A stretch of DNA of 64,000 bases. Source: Torpedo marmorata. Its lineage: Eukaryota. Location of the stretch: assembly GCA_977017645.1 (NCBI GenBank), contig OZ360226.1, forward strand, positions 71,052,001 through 71,116,000, in the 5' to 3' direction. Under the pieces are notes generated by a model, which saw only the letters and a program-made list of their open reading frames with translations, was not told the origin of the DNA and searched no databases. Positions 57,948-64,000 of this stretch are shown one piece after another. Within the stretch, counting starts at the first letter, position 1. The number at the start of each line of letters is the position of its first letter. A program made the translations under genes and the position numbers.

Positions 57948-59261
57948 CAGGGTGATGATGATCCTTTATGATTTGACTGCCATCTTGAGGCAGCACCTCA
58001 CGTCGATGTCTGCAATGGACAGAAGGTTGGTAACCATGATGGACGAGGCTATGTTTGCCAGTTCTGCATTCTGTCCATGCTGGTATAGCCCTTCAACCAA
58101 GTTTATGTTCCAATCTGCCAATAAGATTCAATTGTACTAAGCTCAGGCTTGTGGTTAGACTTCAAGACCTCAAGACTATAGCCTGTGGTATTGTATGGTG
58201 CAGTTGTATATTTCTGTGAAATTTCCCAAATGACATTTCAACTGCCAGATGGGACTCCTTGGAGTACTAAATGTTTCAAGGCATTTTTAATTGTTCTGAC
58301 AGATATTCCTTTATTGAACACCAGATGACGAGGTGATACTGTTTGATCACAAAAATCCTAAAAATTACTCTGTGTGGATCTGGAGTGCATTGTCAAATAC
58401 TATTTCCCCTTTTATATCATGAAACTGAAATATTGTACTCATTTTATCTCGTTCCATCATATGGAAATTCTCATGTATTTAACTTCCAACCACCTGGAAT
58501 GAATATTAATGAGGACGAGAAAATTTTCATATAATTGTTTTCAAAAGTTAACATGCAACAGTGCCTTCACATGTATTGGTCTGCATTGCTGTCAGTTGGT
58601 ACAGTGACTGGTCAGAAGCTCTGATCAAGGTCCAAACCTGGCCAGTAAACATAACTATGAACAATGGCCTTTCTTATCACCCATCCCGTAGGTTCCGTAT
58701 TTAATTCTGCTCTTAACTTTCATCTTAAAATTGCAAATATTACCACACATATTCACTTTTTAACAACTGTGTTTGTATGATAACTTTGATCTTTATCCAT
58801 ACAATTCTGTGCCTCCAAGAATCCTTCAAGAGTATGTTTGCAACCACGGGCCAACATTGGATCTTTTGTTTATTTGTTCTACAATTTCAGTTGCTGTCAC
58901 TAGAATATCATCCAACATTTAGCAATATAAATGGCATTTTCACATCCTACATTTGAGATCTCATGTGGTAGTTTGAAAGATGCATAGAATTAGAGAAATG
59001 TGCAGGCCCAGTAACGTACCCAGCCTATTCAGGCTCTCCTTATAACTCAAACTTTTTAATCCTGGCAATATGCTGGTGAATTTCTTCTGCACTCTTTCCA
59101 ACTTAATGATATCATTCTTAGAGCTAGGCTATTAGATTGGCTTGATTTTTCTCTTTCACAGGATGTCTACCATATGAATCCATTCTTAGACTCAGATAAT
59201 CTCATTGTTCCAAATCACACTTGCATCTCTTTAGAATAAGGATATCTGCTAAAAATTAAAA

Positions 59262-60500
59262 CATTAGAACATAAGAAATAGGAGCAAGAGTAGGCCATTC
59301 AATGTGATCATGGTGGATCTGATGATAGGCTCAACTCCACCTACCTGCCTTTTGCCCATATTCCTTAGTTCCCCTACTTTGTAAAAATCTATCCAACCTT
59401 GTCTTAAATATATTCACTGAGGTAGCCTCCACTGCTTCAATGAGCAGCGAATTCCATAGATTCACCACCCTCTGGGAAAAGCAGTTCCTCCTCATCTCCG
59501 TCCTAAATCTACTACCCTGAATCTTGAGGCTATGTCCCCTTGTTCTTGTCTCCCCCACCAATGGGAACAACTTACCTGCCTCTATCTTATCTATGCCTTT
59601 AATAATTTTATATGTTTCTATAAGATCCCCTCTCATTCTTCTAAATTCAAGTGAGTACAGTCCCAGACGACTCAATCTCTCCTCATAGGCTAACCCCTTC
59701 ATCTCTGTAATCAACCTGGTGAACCTCCTCTGGACCACCTCCAAAGCCAGTACATCCTTCCTCAAGTAAGGAGACCGGAACTGCACGCAGTACTCCTGAT
59801 GCGACCTCACCAGTACCTTGTACAGTTGCAGCGTAACTTCCCTGCTCCTAAATTCAATCCCTCTAGCAATGAAGGCCAACATTCCATTTGCCTTCTTGAT
59901 AGCCTGCTGCACCCACCAACCAACCTTTTGCGATTCATGGACAAGCATTCCCAAGTCCTTCTGCATGGCAGCATGCTGCAATCGCTTGCCATTTAAATAA
60001 TATTCTGATCTTCCATTTTCCTTCCAAAGTGGATAACCTCACACTTAGCAGTGTTGTACTCCATCTGCCAGACCCTTGCCCACTCACTTAACCTATCTAT
60101 ATCTCTCTGCAGACTCTCTGTATCCTCTGCACAATTTGCTTTTCCACTCAATTTAGTGTCATCAGCAAACTTAGATACACTACACTCTGTCCCCTCTTCC
60201 AGATCATGAATGTATATCGTGAACAGCTGTGGGCCCAGCACCAACCCCTGCGGCACCCCGCTCACCACTGATTGCCAACCAGAAAAACACCCTTGTACCC
60301 AAACTCTCTGCTTTCTATTGGTGAACCAATCCTTTATCCGTGCTAATACATCACCTCCAACACTATGCATTCTCTGTATGTCTTTTGTGTAGCACTTTAT
60401 TGAACGCCTTCTGGAAATCCAAGAAAACGACGTCCATCTGCTCCTCTCTATCTACCGCACTTGTTATATCCTCAAAGAATTCCAGTAAGTTCATCAAACA
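59262..60500 (-). mobile_element. CR1 3' fragment (RT C-terminal half)
   Basis: ORFs 59993-60370 (SGVPQG, KFADDTK) and 59331-59981, with a TTCTTATG/TTCTAATG-type tail. Confidence 0.92.
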
Positions 60501-60999
60501 GCTTTTACAAAGCTATTACAATATAATCCTAAGTACAAAAAAGAATGATTTGTGCCTTGTATAATTTGATGGCTTAGAAAAATTTAGGAGGCAATTTAAC
60601 CTTATAAAAGATCTTAGTGTAAAAGTGTCCCTTGTGCATAATGATAGTTAAGTATTATCGAGTATCTTAGTAAATATTGGCTTATGCATATGAATCAGAC
60701 AGATCCAATTGTGTCCAAACATTTGCTCTGGTCAGTATTATGTATCAGTCTGATGATGCCTGTTGGTGATGAAAACTTTCATTATCACAACTTTATCAAA
60801 TGTGAAAATCAAAAAATTTGCAGATGATGAAAATCTAAAATAAAGCAGAAAATGCTGAAAGTACTCAGCAGGTCAGGCTGCATTGTTGAGAAGAGAAACA
60901 GAACCAACATTTCAGATAGAATACCTTTGAGAACAAACAATATTAAAACAGTACTAATGTTTCATGTTGAAGAACCTTTGTCAGATATGTGACCTTGTT

Positions 61000-62260
61000 A
61001 ATTATGATCCTGCAATGGCCACAGAACCTCTATTTTTGCACAAAATTCCTGGTCCAACCACTTTGATTCACCTCCATCAACACTCCATACTCTTGCAATG
61101 TATTCCATTTCTGTTCAACTGGGCTTTCAAGGTATAAGGAAGAGACTGTGATCTGAAAATGTTCATTCTTTATTTAATACCAATGTTCACCTTATGGCTA
61201 TCAGTGCCATTATTCTAATCAATGACTATGTCTTCATATATGTTCAGTAGGATGTCAAGGCATATCATTGCCTCCTCTGAAGTGGACACATTTCCCTAAT
61301 TCACTTCAAGTTAATGTATCCCAATCCTAATTCACCAAGAATTTTACCATATTTTGTCATATCTGTGGTAGTATATTTCACAAAACAATCAATTTATCTC
61401 AATAACTGGGACTTCCTTCCTTTAATTACACTATATTTTCTTTTAAAGATATACCACTAAAAATTTCATAATAAAACAGTTTGTGCCAATGTCTTAAAAT
61501 CTTGATTCACGGCTTTTCATTTTGTCTGATTCTGGCATGCAAACTATGTATCTCAATTTCTTCATCATTCTTGTGAATTTCCTCGCAATGGGTTAACATA
61601 AGCATCTGACTTCATCTTCAATTCCACTTTGGTCTTCAACTTACAAGTTGCTACTATTTGAACCTTAAGTTGACATTTATAACACATGGCTATTTTGATT
61701 TTACATTGCCAAAGTGGAGTTATTGTCAACAAATGCCATGGACGTAAGTCATGAAGGCATCTTCCTTTCCTTCTGTGTTTAACCATATTGGTCTGAACAA
61801 TAGCTCTTTGACTATATACAGCACCTTTGGGAACAATAACGTTCTATAATATTTAATACCACCATTGAAACATGCAGAGTAATTGGGACTGAATCTGGAC
61901 ATCAGTCAATATCCTCGGGCCCTACTGAAAATCTCTCCAAAGTTGCAAAGCAGCAAACAGTTCCTCAGTCCTACAATAACACCTGTGTGGTTTTGGGTCC
62001 TGAACTTGTAGCTCCTTAATAACTGTACCACCTCTGCTTTTGGACACATAAGATAATTTGTCAGTGTGTTAGATGTCAATATGCAACTATAGAATTGCTT
62101 TCTTCCTCTTTAGAAATCGCCATGCGGAATATTTTTGCATTTTCTGCATTCACGTTTACCTTTCTGCGATATTATTGGCCTAAAATGCTGCTCAATACTC
62201 TCAATGCATGAAGCAAAAAGTTCTAAATTCCTGTTGAAGACTCCAATGTACCTATCTAAG
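61000..62260 (-). pseudogene. Possible very old Gypsy gag remnant
   Basis: Hand translation from ~62257 gives YIGVFNRNLELFASCIESIEQHF/ANNIAE...RKKAIL, resembling Gypsy gag N-termini. Heavily decayed; left boundary uncertain. Confidence 0.35.
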
Positions 62261-62937
62261 AAAATGAAATAACGATCTTGCCTTTTTTTGGATCAAGTTG
62301 CCATCAAAACTGATGATTCAGCATGTGCACTAATTTTGAAAGGGAGGTAGATCAAATGGACAGTTGGCGAAAAGATAGAATTCTGGAGAGATCAATTGAC
62401 AAAGGTGATGATAAAGCAAGGGAAAACAGTGATAAAATAAAGAAAAAAATAATCTAGTTACAGATTAAATAATCTTTATAAAAGAGGGTAGTAAAATTAA
62501 GAGAATGTGCTTACAAAAAATAACTTTATTTAGTTTTTTTTACAAACAATAAATATATTTGCTGTTGGGTCCAGAAAAATGTTTGGGCATATTTCGTTTG
62601 GGGATGTATAAATTGGAGAAGCAAAATCATTATCTGAAATTCTTGAACTCACCATTGTGTTTGGAAAGCTGTACTATGTACAGGCATACTTTGTATAACA
62701 CGGTTAATACGTTCCAAACAAGTTCAGTGTTAAGGAAAACCGCACTGTTCAAAGCATTATTACAATGTACTTTTAACTTAATATGTTCCAATCCTATAAT
62801 TATTTATTCTTTTACCTAGAACTCTTATGCAAACATGTGGATAAAATATTTAACAGGGATATATAAAACTGAAAAATGACAAAGATCTTTAATGGAAATA
62901 AGTGAACATTGTTTATTTAAGAAAATATTTGTCTAAT

Positions 62938-63405
62938 TGTCGAGGAAAATCTACTAGTCACAGTATTAACCCAGGCAGAGACGTTCAGGGTAGAGCTTCA
63001 AGAGACTTCTAATCATGACAATGTCACGGAGAGCTTGCCCAGTCCGCACTGAGTCAATGCTCTGCTTTCTGCTTAATCCTGTCTGCTTATATGCAGTGCA
63101 GTAAACAGCTTTTTACAATGAAGCAGTCATGGGCTACACAAGGTTTCAATAATTCCATCGATTAATCATTTAGAACTTCATTCTATCTTCTAAACACACA
63201 TAGTTTCTGCCTCTTGATGATAACACCCAGCTTGCAGTAAAGTTGATAAGGAAAAAGGAGTTACTGTCTCATGTCCTGTTACATCCTTCAAGACCTTGAA
63301 AGCTTTCCGGCCCCTTTGAGTTCATCCAAGACCTTGAAGGCTTTCCGGCCCCTATGAGTATGCTTATTAACCCATTGAGGTCGGAGTAACATTTTTCCTT
63401 CTACA
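62938..63405 (-). repeat. Probable 3' LTR of a retrovirus extending beyond the window
   Basis: Terminal inverted repeats TGTAGAAGGAAAAAT / TGTCGAGGAAAAT, preceded on the minus strand by PPT-like AAGGAGGGATT. TATA-like GCATATAAG and a ~37-bp internal tandem repeat (63283-63360). The partner LTR is not visible. Confidence 0.7.
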
Positions 63406-63528
63406 AATCCCTCCTTGTGGATCTACAGATCCACATCATGCCCTTCTGATGGAAAGGGAGGATCATATCCTTGCGGGAATGGTCGCATCTGCAAACACGC
63501 TTCTTCATTATAAGGTTCCTGCATGCGA

Positions 63529-64000
63529 CTACAATTTTTTTATTCTGTTCCTATTAATGCGCACATGTTCCTTGAGCTGAGCTACAAGCGTCATTGCAGT
63601 ATTTATCAAGTGCTTTACCCTAAGCCATAATACGCAAGTCACAACTAAAAGCAACAGAATAAAGATCCCCACTACCACTATAGGATGTATTGCTAATTTA
63701 AGGACGGCCGAGGCTTTTGGGGACCACCCCTTGAAAATGTCCCACCAATGGTGCACCGTGAGTGAGGTCACCTGTTCCGCTATTCGAATCAGTTGACCCT
63801 CCTTGTAGCTCATTTCCACTGTCATTTGTCGGAGGTTACGTCCTCTCTGAGCCAAGGCATTGGTTACTTTCTGTCCCTTCTTAATAAGAGTGTGTAATTT
63901 GTTAAGATTGATGACCGGGGGCAAGAGCTCAATATGATGAACACTCATATTTTTTCATGTGCTTCCACTGCCCCAAATAGTGGGTCCTATTGGTATGGGG
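63529..64000 (-). pseudogene. env: Retroviral envelope C-terminus (heptad repeat, Trp-rich membrane-proximal region, TM helix, basic tail)
   Basis: HHWWDIFKGWSPKASAVLKLAIHPIVVVGIFILLLLVVTCVLW lies directly upstream of the PPT/LTR. An in-frame TGA at 63957-63955 shows the frame is disrupted. Confidence 0.7.

Noticed and set aside
16084-60392. Numerous antisense ORFs over Rex1, CR1 and L1 copies
   Set aside because: Shadow frames of LINE coding sequence; they recur only because the repeats recur.
62679-62800. Tigger-like left end (TA-CAGGCATAC...)
   Set aside because: No partner TIR in the window (it may lie beyond the retroviral insertion); too little support.

Overview
This is eukaryotic, repeat-dense, non-genic DNA. 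No host exon could be supported. The repeat set (HE1/V-SINE-like tRNA SINEs, esterase-ORF1 CR1, Rex1/Babar, fish-type L1, Penelope) points to a vertebrate, most likely a cartilaginous fish (inference). Large elements: (1) a Gmr1-like Gypsy element with both LTRs, TACT TSD, tRNA-Pro PBS, integrase upstream of RT and most of RT deleted (8174-13873), plus an inverted solo LTR of the same family 404 bp away; (2) a full-length L1 with two open ORFs and a 16-bp TSD (27615-33511); (3) a rearranged near-full-length CR1 (22265-25891); (4) a gag-only class III (ERV-L/ERV-S-like) provirus with a 5-bp TSD, nested in Rex1 and itself interrupted by L1 (40967-45956); (5) the env/3' LTR end of a second retrovirus whose TM region resembles lokiretrovirus-type Env (62938-64000). 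Smaller elements: TA-flanked MITEs, a Harbinger-like MITE, a Chapaev3 derivative, Penelope ends carrying hammerhead-like motifs that recur as TSD-flanked palindromes, and a 5S rRNA-derived SINE and an ~800-bp GC-rich non-autonomous element that share a Rex1-type 3' tail. Family assignments come from motif recognition by eye; no database search was run.
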